A stretch of DNA of 64,000 nt from Eledone cirrhosa. Taxonomy: Eukaryota. The translations under genes were made by a program, and so were the position numbers. Shown one piece after another: positions 1 to 15,300 of the stretch. The notes beneath the pieces are model-generated. The model ran no database searches. It was not told the origin of the DNA and saw nothing but the letters and a program-made list of their open reading frames with translations. The stretch covers positions 369,322 through 433,321 of the forward strand of contig CAXHJY010000738.1 of NCBI GenBank assembly GCA_964016885.1. The letters are read 5' to 3'. Every line of letters begins with the position of its first letter. Positions within the stretch are counted from its first letter, which is position 1.

Positions 1-2660
1 AAACTAGGTATATTACAGTACAGTAGGTATATTACAGTACAGTAGGTATAATACAGTACAGTAGGTATATTACAGTACAGTAGGTATATTACAGTACAGT
101 AGGTATGTTACAGTACAGTAGGTATATTACAGTACAGTAGGTATATTACAGTACAGTAGGTATATTACAGTACAGTAGGTATATTACAGTACAGTAGGTA
201 TATTACAGTACAGTAGGTATAATACAGTACAGTAGGTATATTACAGTACAGTAGGTATATTACAGTACAGTAGGTATATTACAGTACAGTAGGTATATTA
301 CAGTACAGTAGGTATATTACAGTACAGTAGATATATTACAGTACAGTAGGTATATTACAGTACAGTATGTATATTACAGTACAGTAGGTATAATACAGTA
401 CAGTAGGTATATTACAGTACAGAAGGTATATTACAGTACAGTAGGTATATTACAGTACAGTAGGTATATTACAGTACAGTAGATATATTACAGTACAGTA
501 GGTATATTACACTACAGTAGGTATATTACAGTACAGTAGATATATTACAGTACAGTAGGTATATTACAGTACAGTAGTTATATTACAGTACAGTAGGGAT
601 AATACAGTACAGTAGATATGTTACAGTTCAGTAGGTATATTACAGTACAGTAGGTATATTACAGTACAGTAGGTATATTACAGTACAGTAGGTATATTAC
701 AGTACAGTAGACATATTACAGTACAGTATGTATATTACAGTACAGTAGGTATATTACAGTACAGTAGGTATATTACAGTACAGTAGGTATATTACAGTAC
801 AGTAGGTATATTACAGTACAGTAGACATATTACAGTACAGTATGTATATTACAGTACAGTAGGTATATTACAGTACAGTAGGTATATTACAGTACAGTAG
901 GTATATTACAGTACAGTAGATAGATTACAGAACAGTAGATATATTACAGTACATTAGGTATATTACAGTACAGTAGGTATATTACAGTACAGTAGACATA
1001 TTACCGTACAGTATGTATATTACAGTACAGTAGGTATAATACAGTACAGTAGGTATATTACAGTACAGTAGGTATATTACAGTACAGTAGGTATATTACA
1101 GTACAGTAGTTATATTACAGTACAGTAGGTATAATACAGTACAGTAGGTATATTACAGTACAGTAGGTATATTACAGTACACTAGGTATATTACAGTACA
1201 GTAGGTATATTACAGTACAGTATATATATTACAGTACACTAGTTATATTACAGTACAGTAGGTATATTACAGTACAGTAGATATATTACAGTACAATAGG
1301 TATATTACAGTACAGTAGGTATATTACAGTACAGTAGATATATTACAGTACAGTAGGTATAATACCATACAGTAGGTATATTACAGTACAGTAGGTATAT
1401 TACAGTACAGTAGGTATAATACAGTACAGTAGATATATTACAGTACAGTAGGTATATTACACTACAGTAGGTATATTACAGTACAGTAGGTATATTAAAG
1501 TACAGTAGGTATAATACAGTACACTAGGTATATTACAGTACAGTAGGTATATTACAGTACAGTAGGTATATTACAGTACAGTAGGTATATTACAGTACAG
1601 TAGGTATATTACACTACAGTAGGTATATTACAGTACAGTAGGTATATTAAAGTACAGTAGGTATAATACAGTACAGTAGGTATATTACAGTAGAGTAGGT
1701 ATATTACAGTACAGTAGATATAATACAGTACAGTAGATATATTACAGTACAGTAGGTATATTACAGTACAGTAGGTATGTTACAGTACAGTAGGTATATT
1801 ACAGTACAGTAGGTATATTACAGTACAGTAGGTATATTACAGTACAGTAGATATATTACAGTACAGTAGGTATAATACAGTAAACTAGGTATATTACAGT
1901 ACAGTAGGTATATTACAGTACAGTAGGTATAATACAGTACAGTAGGTATATTACAGTACAGTAGGTATATTACAGTACAGTAGGTATGTTACAGTACAGT
2001 AGGTATATTACAGTACAGTAGGTATATTACAGTACAGTAGGTATATTACAGTACAGTAGGTATATTACAGTACAGTAGGTATAATACAGTACAGTAGGTA
2101 TATTACAGTACAGTAGGTATATTACAGTACAGTAGGTATATTACAGTACAGTAGGTATATTACAGTACAGTAGGTATATTACAGTACAGTAGGTATATTA
2201 CAGTACAGTAGGTATATTACAGTACAGTATGTATATTACAGTACAGTAGGTATAATACAGTACAGTAGGTATATTACAGTACAGAAGGTATATCACAGTA
2301 CAGTAGGTATATTACAGTACAGTAGGTATATTACAGTACAGTAGATATATTACAGTACAGTAGGTATATTACACTACAGTAGGTATATTACAGTACAGTA
2401 GATATATTACAGTACAGTAGGTATATTACAGTACAGTAGTTATATTACAGTACAGTAGGGATAATACAGTACAGTAGATATGTTACAGTTCAGTAGGTAT
2501 ATTACAGTACAGTAGGTATATTACAGTACAGTAGGTATATTACAGTACAGTAGGTATATTACAGTACAGTAGACATATTACAGTACAGTATGTATATTAC
2601 AGTACAGTAGGTATATTACAGTACAGTAGGTATATTACAGTACAGTAGGTATATTACAGT
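1..2660. repeat. Higher-order duplication: ~1-800 recurs at ~1880-2660 (offset 1881, then 1862; 99 and 98 monomers)
   Basis: Marker pairs: aaactagg 1/1882; agaagg 421/2283; cagtagggat 591/2453; ttacagttca 621/2483. Confidence 0.85.
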
Positions 2661-4129
2661 ACAGTAGATATATTACAGTACAGTAGGTATATTACAGTAC
2701 AGTAGGTATATTACAGTACAGTAGGTATATTACAGTACAGTAGGTATATTACAGTACAGTAGATATATTACAGTACAGTAGATATATTACAGTACAGTAG
2801 ATAGATTACAGTACAGTAGATATATTACAGTACAGTAGGTATATTACAGTACAATAGATATATTACAGTACAGTAGGTATATTATAGTACAGTAGGTATA
2901 TTACACTACAGTAGGTATATTACAGTACAGTAGATATATTACAGTACAGTAGGTATATTACAGTACAGTATGTATATTACAGTACAGTAGGTATATTACA
3001 GTACAGTAGGTATATTACAGTACAGTAGGTATAATACAGTACAGTAGGTATATTACAGTACAGTAGGTATATTACAGTACAGTAGGTATATTACAGTACA
3101 GTAGGTATAATAAAGTACAGTAGGTATAATACAGTACAGTAGGTATATTACAGTACAGTAGGTATATTACAGTACAGTAGGTATATTACAGTACAGTAGA
3201 TATATTACAGTACAGTAGATATATTACAGTACAATAGATAGATTACAGTACAGTAGATATATTACAGTACAGTAGGTATATTACAGTACAGTAGATATAT
3301 TACAGTACAGTAGGTATATTATAGTACAGTAGGTATATTACAGTACAGTAGGTATATTACAGTACAGTAGGTATAATACAGTAAAGTAGGTATATTACAG
3401 TACAGTAGGTATATTACACTACAGTAGGTCACATACAGTACAGTAGGTATATTACAGTACAGTAGGTATATTACAGTACAGTAGGTATGTTACAGTACAT
3501 TAGGTATATTACAGTACAGTAGGTATATTACAGTACAGTAGGTATATTACAGTACAGTAGGTATATTACAGTACAGTAGATATATTACAGTACAGTAGGT
3601 ATATTACAGTACAGTAGGTATATTACAGTACAGTAGATAGAGTACAGTACAGTAGATATATTACAGTACAGTAGGTATATTACAGTACAGTAGGTATAAT
3701 ACAGTACAGTAGGTATATTACAGTACAGTAGGTATATTACAGTGCAGTAGGTATATTACAGTACAGTAGGTATATTACAGTACAGTAGGTATATTACAGT
3801 ACAGTAGATATATTGCAGTACAGTAGGTATATTACAGTACAGTAGGGATAATACAGTACAGTAGATATGTTACAGTACAGTAGGTATATTACAGTACAGT
3901 AGGTATATTACAGTACAGTAGGTATATTACAGTACAGTAGACATATTACAGTACAGTATGTATATTACAGTACGGTAGGTATATTACAGTACAGTAGGTA
4001 TATTACAGTACAGTAGGTATATTACAGTACAGTAGGTATATTACAGTACAGTAGATATATTACAGTACAGTAGGTATATTACAGTACAGTAGGTATATTA
4101 GAGTACAGTAGGTATATTACAGTACAGTA

Positions 4130-6330
4130 GATATAATACAGTACAGTAGATATATTACAGTACAGTAGGTATATTACAGTACAGTAGGTATATTACAGTA
4201 CAGTAGGTATATTACAGTACAGTAGGTATATTACAGTACAGTAGGTATATTACAGTACAGTATATATATTACAGTACACTAGGTATATTACAGTACAGTA
4301 GGTATATTACAGTACAGTAGATATATTACAGTACACTAGGTATATTACAGTACAGTAGGTATATTACAGTACAGTAGATATATTACAGTACAGTAGGTAT
4401 ATTACAGTACAGTAGGTATAATACAGTACAGTAGATATATTACAGTACAGTAGGTATATTACACTACAGTAGGTATATTACAGTACAGTAAGTATATTAA
4501 TGTACAGTAGGTATAATACAGTACAGTAGGTATATTACAGTACAGTAGGTATATTACAGTACAGTAGGTATATTACAGTACAGTAGGTATATTACAGTAC
4601 AGTAGGTATATTACACTACAGTAGGTATATTACAGTACAGTAGGTATATTAAAGTACAGTAGGTATAATACAGTACAGTAGGTATATTACAGTAGAGTAG
4701 GTATATTACAGTACAGTAGATATAATACAGTACAGTAGATATATTACAGTACAGTAGGTATATTACAGTACAGTAGGTATATTACAGTACAGTAGGTATA
4801 TTACAGTACAGTAGGTATATTACAGTACAGTAGGTATATTACAGTACAGTAGGTATATTACAGTACAGTAGGTATATTATAGTACATTAGATATATTACA
4901 GTACAGTAGGTATATTACAGTACAGTAGATATATTACAGTACAGTAGATATATTACAGTGCAGTAGGTATATTACAGTAGGTATATTACAGTACATTAGG
5001 TATATTACAGTACAGTAGGTATAATACAGTACAGTAGATATATTACAGTACAGTAGGTATATTACAGTACAGTAGGTATATTACAGTACAGTAGATATAT
5101 TACAGTACAGTAGGTATAATACAGTAAACTAGGTATATTACAGTACAGTAGGTATATTACAGTACAGTAGGTATAATACAGTACAATAGGTATATTACAG
5201 TACAGTAGGTATATTACAGTACAGTAGGTATGTTACAGTACAGTAGGTATATTACAGTACAGTAGGTATATTACAGTACAGTAGGTATATTACAGTACAG
5301 TAGGTATATTACAGTACAGTAGATATATTACAGTACAGTAGGTATATTACAGTACAGTAGGTATATTACAGTACAGTAGATAGAGTACAGTACAGTAGAT
5401 ATATTACAGTACAGTAGGTATATTACAGTACAGTAGGTATATTACAGTACAGTAGATATAATACAGTACAGTAGATATATTACAGTACAGTAGGTATATT
5501 ACAGTACAGTAGGTATATTACAGTACAGTAGGTATATTACAGTACAGTAGGTATATTACAGTACAGTAGGTATATTACAGTACAGTAGGTATATTACAGT
5601 ACAGTATATATATTACAGTACACTAGGTATATTACAGTACAGTAGGTATATTACAGTACAGTAGATATATTACAGTACACTAGGTATATTACAGTACAGT
5701 AGGTATATTACAGTACAGTAGATATATTACAGTACAGTAGGTATATTACAGTACAGTAGGTATAATACAGTACAGTAGATATATTACAGTACAGTAGGTA
5801 TATTACACTACAGTAGGTATATTACAGTACAGTAAGTATATTAATGTACAGTAGGTATAATACAGTACAGTAGGTATATTACAGTACAGTAGGTATATTA
5901 CAGTACAGTAGGTATATTACAGTACAGTAGGTATATTACAGTACAGTAGGTATATTACACTACAGTAGGTATATTACAGTACAGTAGGTATATTAAAGTA
6001 CAGTAGGTATAATACAGTACAGTAGGTATATTACAGTAGAGTAGGTATATTACAGTACAGTAGATATAATACAGTACAGTAGATATATTACAGTACAGTA
6101 GGTATATTACAGTACAGTAGGTATATTACAGTACAGTAGGTATATTACAGTACAGTAGGTATATTACAGTACAGTAGGTATATTACAGTACAGTAGGTAT
6201 ATTACAGTACAGTAGGTATATTATAGTACATTAGATATATTACAGTACAGTAGGTATATTACAGTACAGTAGATATATTACAGTACAGTAGATATATTAC
6301 AGTACAGTAGGTATATTACAGTAGGTATAT
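4130..6330. repeat. Higher-order duplication: ~4130-4985 recurs at ~5470-6330 (offset 1344 = 71x19-5)
   Basis: Marker pairs: agtatattaatgtac 4491/5835; agtagagtag 4691/6035. Both copies have ttatagtacattag followed by a 14-bp short unit. Confidence 0.85.
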
Positions 6331-9300
6331 TACAGTACAGTAGGTATATTACAGTACAGTAGGTATGTTACAGTACAGTAGGTATATTACAGTACTGTAG
6401 GTATATTACAGTACAGTAGGTATATTACAGTACAGTAGGTATATTACAGTACAGTAGATATATTACAGTACAGTAGGTATATTACAGTACAGTAGGTATA
6501 TTACAGTACAGTAGATAGAGTACAGTACAGTAGATATATTACAGTACAGTACAGTAGGTATATTACAGTACTGTAGGTATATTACAGTACAGTAGGTATA
6601 TTACAGTACAGTAGATATATTACAGTACAGTAGATATGTTACAGTACAGTAGGTATATTACAGTACAGTAGATAGATTACAGTACAGTAGATATATTACA
6701 GTACAGTAGATATATTACAGTACAGTAGGTATATTACAGTACAGTAGGTATATTACAGTACAGTAGGTATATTACAGTACTGTAGGTATATTACAGTACA
6801 GTAGATATATTACAGTACAGTAGGTATAATACAGTACAGTAGGTATATTACAGTACAGTAGGTATATTACAGTACAGTAGGGATATTACAGTACAGTAGT
6901 TATAATACAGTACAGTAGGTATATTACAGTACAGTAGGTATATTACAGTACAGTAGGTATATTACAGTACAGTAGGTATATTACAGTACATTAGGTATAT
7001 TACAGTACAGTAGATATATTACAGTACAGTAGGTATAATACCATACAGTAGGTATATTACAGTACAGTAGGTATATTACAGTACAGTAGGTATAATACTG
7101 TATAGTAGATATATTACAGTACAGTAGGTATATTACAGTACAGTAGGTATATTACAGTACAGTAGGTATATTACAATACAGTAGATATATTACAGTACAG
7201 TAGATATATTACAGTACAGTAGATATATTACAGTACAGTAGGTATATTACAGTACAGTAGATAGATTACAGTATAGTAGATAGATTACAGTACAATAGGT
7301 ATATTACAGTACAGTAGATAGATTACAGTAAGTAAATATATTACAGTACAGTAGGTATATTACAGTACAGTAGGTATATTACAGTACAGTAGGTATATTA
7401 CAGTACAGTAGATATATTACAGTACAGTAGGTATATTACAGTACAGTATGTATATTACAGTACAGTAGGTATAATACAGTACAGTAGGTATATTACAGTA
7501 CAGTAGGTATATTACAGTACAGTAGGTATATTATAGTACAGTAGGTATATTACAGTACAGTAGATATATTACAGTACAGTAGGTATATTACACTACAGTA
7601 GGTATAATACAGTACAGTAGGTATATTACAGTACAGTAGGTATATTACAGTACAGTAGGTATGTTACAGTACATTAGGTATATTACAGTACAGTAGGTAT
7701 ATTACAGTACAGTAGGTATATTACAGTACAGTAGGTATATTACAGTACAGTAGATATATTATAGTACAGTAGGTATATTACACTACAGTAGGTATAATAC
7801 AGTACAGTAGGTATATTACAGTACAGTAGGTATATTACAGTACAGTAGGTATGTTACAGTACATTAGGTATATTACAGTACAGTAGGTATATTACAGTAC
7901 AGTAGGTATATTACAGTACAGTAGGTATATTACAGTACAGTAGGTATATTACAGTACAGTAGATATATTACAGTACAGTAGGTATATTACAGTACAGTAG
8001 ATATATTACAGTACAGTAGGTATATTACAGTACAGTAGATAGAGTACAGTACAGTAGATATATTACAGTACAGTAGGTATATTACAGTACAGTAGGTATA
8101 ATACAGTACAGTAGGTATATTACAGTACAGTAGGTATATTACAGTACAGTAGGTATATTACAGTACAGTAGGTATATTACAGTACAGTAGGTATATTACA
8201 GTACAGTAGATATATTGCAGTACAGTAGGTATATTACAGTACAGTAGGGATAATACAGTACAGTAGATATGTTACAGTACAGTAGGTATATTACAGTACA
8301 GTAGGTATATTACAGTACAGTAGGTATATTACAGTACAGTAGACATATTACAGTACAGTATGTATATTACAGTACAGTATGTATATTACAGTACAGTAGG
8401 TATATTACAGTACAGTAGGTATATTACAGTACAGTAGGTATATTACAGTACAGTAGGTATATTACAGTACAGTAGATATATTACAGTACAGTAGGTATAT
8501 TAGAGTACAGTAGGTATATTAGAGTACAGTAGGTATATTAGAGTACAGTAGGTATATTACAGTACAGTAGGTATATTACAGTACAGTAGGTATATTACAG
8601 TACAGTAGGTATTATACAGTACAGTAGGTATATTACAGTACAGTAGGTATATTACAGTACAGTAGGTATATTACAGTACAGTAGGTATATTACAGTACAG
8701 TATATATATTACAGTACACTAGGTATATTACAGTACAGTAGGTATATTACAGTACAGTAGGTATATTACAGTAGGTATATTACAGTACATTAGGTATATT
8801 ACAGTACAGTAGGTATAATACAGTACAGTAGATATATTACAGTACAGTAGGTATATTACAGTACAGTAGGTATATTACAGTACAGTAGATATATTACAGT
8901 ACAGTAGGTATAATACCATACAGTAGGTATATTACAGTACAGTAGGTATATTACAGTACAGTAGGTATAATACAGTACAGTAGATATATTACAGTACAGT
9001 AGGTATATTACACTAAATTAGGTATATTACAGTACAGTAGGTATATTAATGTACAGTAGGTATAATACAGTACAGTAGGTATATTACAGTACAGTAGGTA
9101 TATTACAGTACAGTAGGTATATTACAGTACAGTAGGTATATTACAGTACAGTAGGTATATTACACTACAGTAGGTATATTACAGTACAGTAGGTATATTA
9201 AAGTACAGTAGGTATAATACACTACAGTAGGTATATTACAGTAGAGTAGGTATATTACAGTACAGTAGATATAATACAGTACAGTAGATATATTACAGTA

Positions 9301-12300
9301 CAGTAGCTATATTACAGTACAGTAGGTATATTACATTACAGTAGGTATATTACAGTACAGTAGGTATATTACAGTACAGTAGGTATATTACAGTACAGTA
9401 GATATATTACAGTACATTAGGTATATTACAGTACAGTAGGTATATTATAGTACAGTAGATATATTACAGTACAGTAGGTATATTACAGTACAGTAGATAT
9501 ATTACAGTACAGTAGATATATTACAGTACAGTAGGTATATTACAGTAGGTATATTACAGTACATTAGGTATATTACAGTACAGTAGGTATAATACAGTAC
9601 AGTAGATATATTACAGTACAGTAGGTATATTACACTACAGTAGGTATATTACAGTACAGTAGATATATTACAGTACAGTAGGTATAATACAGTAAACTAG
9701 GTATATTACAGTACAGTAGGTATATTACAGTACAGTAGGTATGTTACAGTACAGTAGGTATATTACAGTACAGTAGGTATATTACAGTACAGTAGGTATA
9801 TTACAGTACAGTAGGTATATTACAGTACAGTAGATATATTACAGTACAGTAGGTATATTACAGTACAGTAGGTATATTACAGTACAGTAGATAGAGTACA
9901 GTACAGTAGATATATTACAGTACAGTAGGTATATTACAGTACAGTAGGTATATTACAGTACTGTAGGTATATTACAGTACAGTAGGTATATTACAGTACA
10001 GTAGGTATATTACAGTACAGTAGATATATTACAGTACAGTAGGTGTATTACAGTACAGTAGATAGATTACAGTACAGTAGATATATTACAGTACAGTAGA
10101 TATATTACAGTACAGTAGGTATATTACAGTACAGTAGGTATATTACAGTACAGTAGGTATATTACAGTACAGTAGGTATATTACAGTACAGTAGATATAT
10201 TACAGTACAGTAGATATATTACAGGACAGTAGATATATTACAGTACAGTAGGTATAATACAGTACAGTAGGTATATTACAGTACAGTAGGTATATTACAG
10301 TACATTTGGTATATTACAGTACAGTAGGTATATTACAGTACAGTAGGTATATTACAGTACAGTAGGTATATTACAGTACAGTAGGTATATTACAGTACAG
10401 TAGATATATTACAGTACAGTAGGTATATTACAGTACAGTAGGTATATTACAGTACAGTAGATATATTACAGTACAGTATGTATATTACAGTAGGTACATT
10501 ACAGTACAGTAGGTATATTACAGTACAATAGGTATATTACAGTATGTATAATACAGTACAGTAGATATATTACAGGACAGTAGATATATTACAGTACAGT
10601 AGGTATAATACAGTACAGTAGATAGATTACAGTACAGTAGATATATTACAGTACAGTAGATATATTACAGTACAGTAGGTATATTACAGTACAGTAGGTA
10701 TATTACAGTACAGTAGGTATATTACAGTACAGTAGGTATATTACAGTACAGTAGATATATTACAGTACAGTAGATATATTACAGGACAGTAGATATATTA
10801 CAGTACAGTAGGTATAATACAGTACAGTAGGTATATTACAGTACAGTAGGTATATTACAATACAGTAGGTATATTACAGTACAGTAGGTATATTACAGTA
10901 CAGTAGGTATATTACAGTACACTAGGTATATTACAGTACTGTAGATATATTACAGTACAGTAGGTATATTACAGTACAGTAGATATATTACAGTACAGTA
11001 GATATATTACAGTACAGTAGGTATATTACAGTACAGTAGGTATATTACTGTACAGTAGATTTATTACAGTACAGTAGATATATTACAGTACAGTAGATAT
11101 ATTACAGTACAGTAGATATATTACAGTACAGTATGTATATTACAGTACAGTAGATATATTAAAGTACAGTAGGTATATTACAGTACAGTAGGTATATTAC
11201 ACTACTGTAGGTATATTACAGTACAGTAGATATATTACAGTACAGTAGGTATATTACAGTACAGTAGGTATATTACAGTACAGTAGATATATTACAGTAC
11301 AGTAGGTATATTACAGTACAGTAGGTATATTACAGTACAGTATGTATATTACAGTACAGTAGGTATATTACAGTACAGTAGGTATATTACAGTAAAGTAG
11401 ATATACTACATTACAGTAGGTATATTACAGTACAGTAGGTATATTACAGTACAGTAGATATATTACAGTACAGTAGATATATTACAGGACAGTAGATATA
11501 TTACAGTACAGTAGATATATTACAGTACAGTAGGTATATTACAGTACAGTAGGTATATTACAGTACAGTAGATATATTACAGTACAGTAGATATATTACA
11601 GGACAGTAGGTATATTACAGTACAGTAGATATATTACAGTACAGTAGGTATATTACAGTACAGTAGGTATATTACAGTACAGTAGGTATATTACAGTACA
11701 GTAGATATATTACAGTACAGTAGGTATATTACAGTACAGTAGGTATATTACAGTACAGTAGATATATTACAGTACAGTAGGTATATTACAGTACAGTAGG
11801 TATATTAGAGTACAGTATGTATATTACAGTACAGTAGGTATATTACAGTACAGTAGGTATATTACAGTACAGTAGATATACTACAGTACAGTAGGTATAT
11901 TACAGTACAGTAGGTATATTACAGTACAGTAGATATATTACAGGACAGTAGGTATATTACAGTACAGTAGATATATTACAGTACAGTAGGTATATTACAG
12001 TACAGTAGGTATATTACAGTACAGTAGATATATTACAGTACAGTAGATATATTACAGGACAGTAGGTATATTACAGTACAGTAGATATATTACAATACAG
12101 TAGATATATTACAGTACAGTAGATATATTACAGTACAGTAGGTATATTACAGTTCAGTAGGTATATTACAGTACAGTAGATATATTACAGTACAGTAGAT
12201 ATATTACAGTACAGTAGATATATTAGAGTACAGTAGGTATATTACAGTACAGTAGATATATTACAGTACAGTATGTATATTACAGTACAGTAGGTATATT

Positions 12301-15300
12301 ACAGTACAGTAGATATATTACTGTACAGTAGATATATTACAGTACAGTAGGTATAATACAGTACAGTAGGTATATTACAGTACAGTAGGTATATTACAGT
12401 ACATTTGGTATATTACAGTACAGTAGGTATATTACAGTACAGTAGGTATATTACAGTACAGTAGGTATGTTACAGTACAGTAGGTATATTACAGTACAGA
12501 AGGTATATTACAGTACAGTAGGTATATTACAGTACAGTAGATATATTACAGTACAGTAGGTATATTACAGTACAGTAGATATATTACAGTACAGTAGGTA
12601 TATTACAGTACAGTAGGTATATTACACTACTGTAGGTATATTACAGTACAGTAGATATATTACAGTACAGTAGGTATATTACAGTACAGTAGGTATATTA
12701 CAGTACAGTAGATATATTACAGTACAGTAGGTATATTACAGTACAGTAGGTATATTACAGTACAGTATGTATATTACAGTACAGTAGGTATATTACAGTA
12801 CAGTAGGTATATTACAGTAAAGTAGATATACTACATTACGGTAGGTATATTACAGTACAGTAGGTATATTACAGTACAGTAGATATATTACAGTACAGTA
12901 GATATATTACAGGACAGTAGATATATTACAGTACAGTAGATATATTACAGTACAGTAGGTATATTACAGTACAGTAGGTATATTACAGTACAGTAGATAT
13001 ATTACAGTACAGTAGATATATTACAGGACAGTAGGTATATTACAGTACAGTAGATATATTACAGTACAGTAGGTATATTACAGTACAGTAGGTATATTAC
13101 AGTACAGTAGGTATATTACAGTACAGTAGATATATTACAGTACAGTAGGTATATTACAGTACAGTAGGTATATTACAGTACAGTAGATATATTACAGTAC
13201 AGTAGGTATATTACAGTACAGTAGATATATTACAGTACAGTAGATATATTACAGTACACTAGGTATATTACAGTAGAGTAGGTATATTACAGTACAGTAG
13301 GTATATTACAATACAGTAGGTATATTACAGTAAAGTAGGTATATTACAGTACAGTAGGTATATTACAGTACACTAGGTATATTACAGTACTGTAGATATA
13401 TTACAGTACAGTAGGTATATTACAGTACAGTAGATATATTACAGTACAGTAGATATATTACAGTACAGTAGGTATATTACAGTACAGTAGGTATATTACT
13501 GTACAGTAGATTTATTACAGTACAGTAGATATATTACAGTACAGTAGATATATTACAGTACAGTAGATATATTACAGTACAGTATGTATATTACAGTACA
13601 GTAGATATATTAAAGTACAGTAGGTATATTACAGTACAGTAGGTATATTACACTACTGTAGGTATATTACAGTACAGTAGATATATTACAGTACAGTAGG
13701 TATATTACAGTACAGTAGGTATATTACAGTACAGTAGATATATTACAGTACAGTAGGTATATTACAGTACAGTAGGTATATTACAGTACAGTATGTATAT
13801 TACAGTACAGTAGGTATATTACAGTACAGTAGGTATATTACAGTAAAGTAGATATACTACATTACAGTAGGTATATTACAGTACAGTAGGTATATTACAG
13901 TACAGTAGATATATTACAGTACAGTAGATATATTACAGGACAGTAGATATATTACAGTACAGTAGATATATTACAGTACAGTAGGTATATTACAGTACAG
14001 TAGGTATATTACAGTACAGTAGATATATTACAGTACAGTAGATATATTACAGGACAGTAGGTATATTACAGTACAGTAGATATATTACAGTACAGTAGGT
14101 ATATTACAGTACAGTAGGTATATTACAGTACAGTAGGTATATTACAATACAGTAGATATATTACAGTACAGTAGGTATATTACAGTACAGTAGGTATATT
14201 ACAGTACAGTAGATATATTACAGTACAGTAGGTATATTACAGTACAGTAGGTATATTAGAGTACAGTATGTATATTACAGTACAGTAGGTATATTACAGT
14301 ACAGTAGGTATATTACAGTACAGTAGATATACTACAGTACAGTAGGTATATTACAGTACAGTAGGTATATTACAGTACAGTAGATATATTACAGTACAGT
14401 AGATATATTACAGGACAGTAGGTATATTACAGTACAGTAGATATATTACAGTACAGTAGGTATATTACAGTACAGTAGGTATATTACAGTACAGTAGATA
14501 TATTACAGTACAGTAGATATATTACAGGACAGTAGGTATATTACAGTACAGTAGATATATTACAATACAGTAGATATATTACAGTACAGTAGATATATTA
14601 CAGTACAGTAGGTATATTACAGTTCAGTAGGTATATTACAGTACAGTAGATATATTACAGTACAGTAGATATATTACAGTACAGTAGATATATTAGAGTA
14701 CAGTAGGTATATTACAGTACAGTAGATATATTACAGTACAGTATGTATATTACAGTACAGTAGGTATATTACAGTACAGTAGATATATTACAGTACAGTA
14801 GATATATTACAGTACAGTAGGTATAATACAGTACAGTAGGTATATTACAGTACAGTAGGTATATTACAGTACATTTGGTATATTACAGTACAGTAGGTAT
14901 ATTACAGTACAGTAGGTATATTACAGTACAGTAGGTATGTTACAGTACAGTAGGTATATTACAGTACAGAAGGTATATTACAGTACAGTAGGTATATTAC
15001 AGTACAGTAGATATATTACAGTACAGTAGGTATATTACAGTACAGTAGATATATTACAGTACAGTAGGTATATTACAGTACAGTATGTATATTACAGTAG
15101 GTACATTACAGTACAGTAGGTATATTACAGTACAATAGGTATATTACAGTAGGTATAATACAGTACAGTAGATATATTACAGTACAGTAGATATATTACA
15201 GTACAGTAGGTATATTACAGTACAGTAGGTATATTACAGTACAGTAGATATATTACAGTACAGTAGGTATATTACAGTACAGTAGATATATTACAGTACA

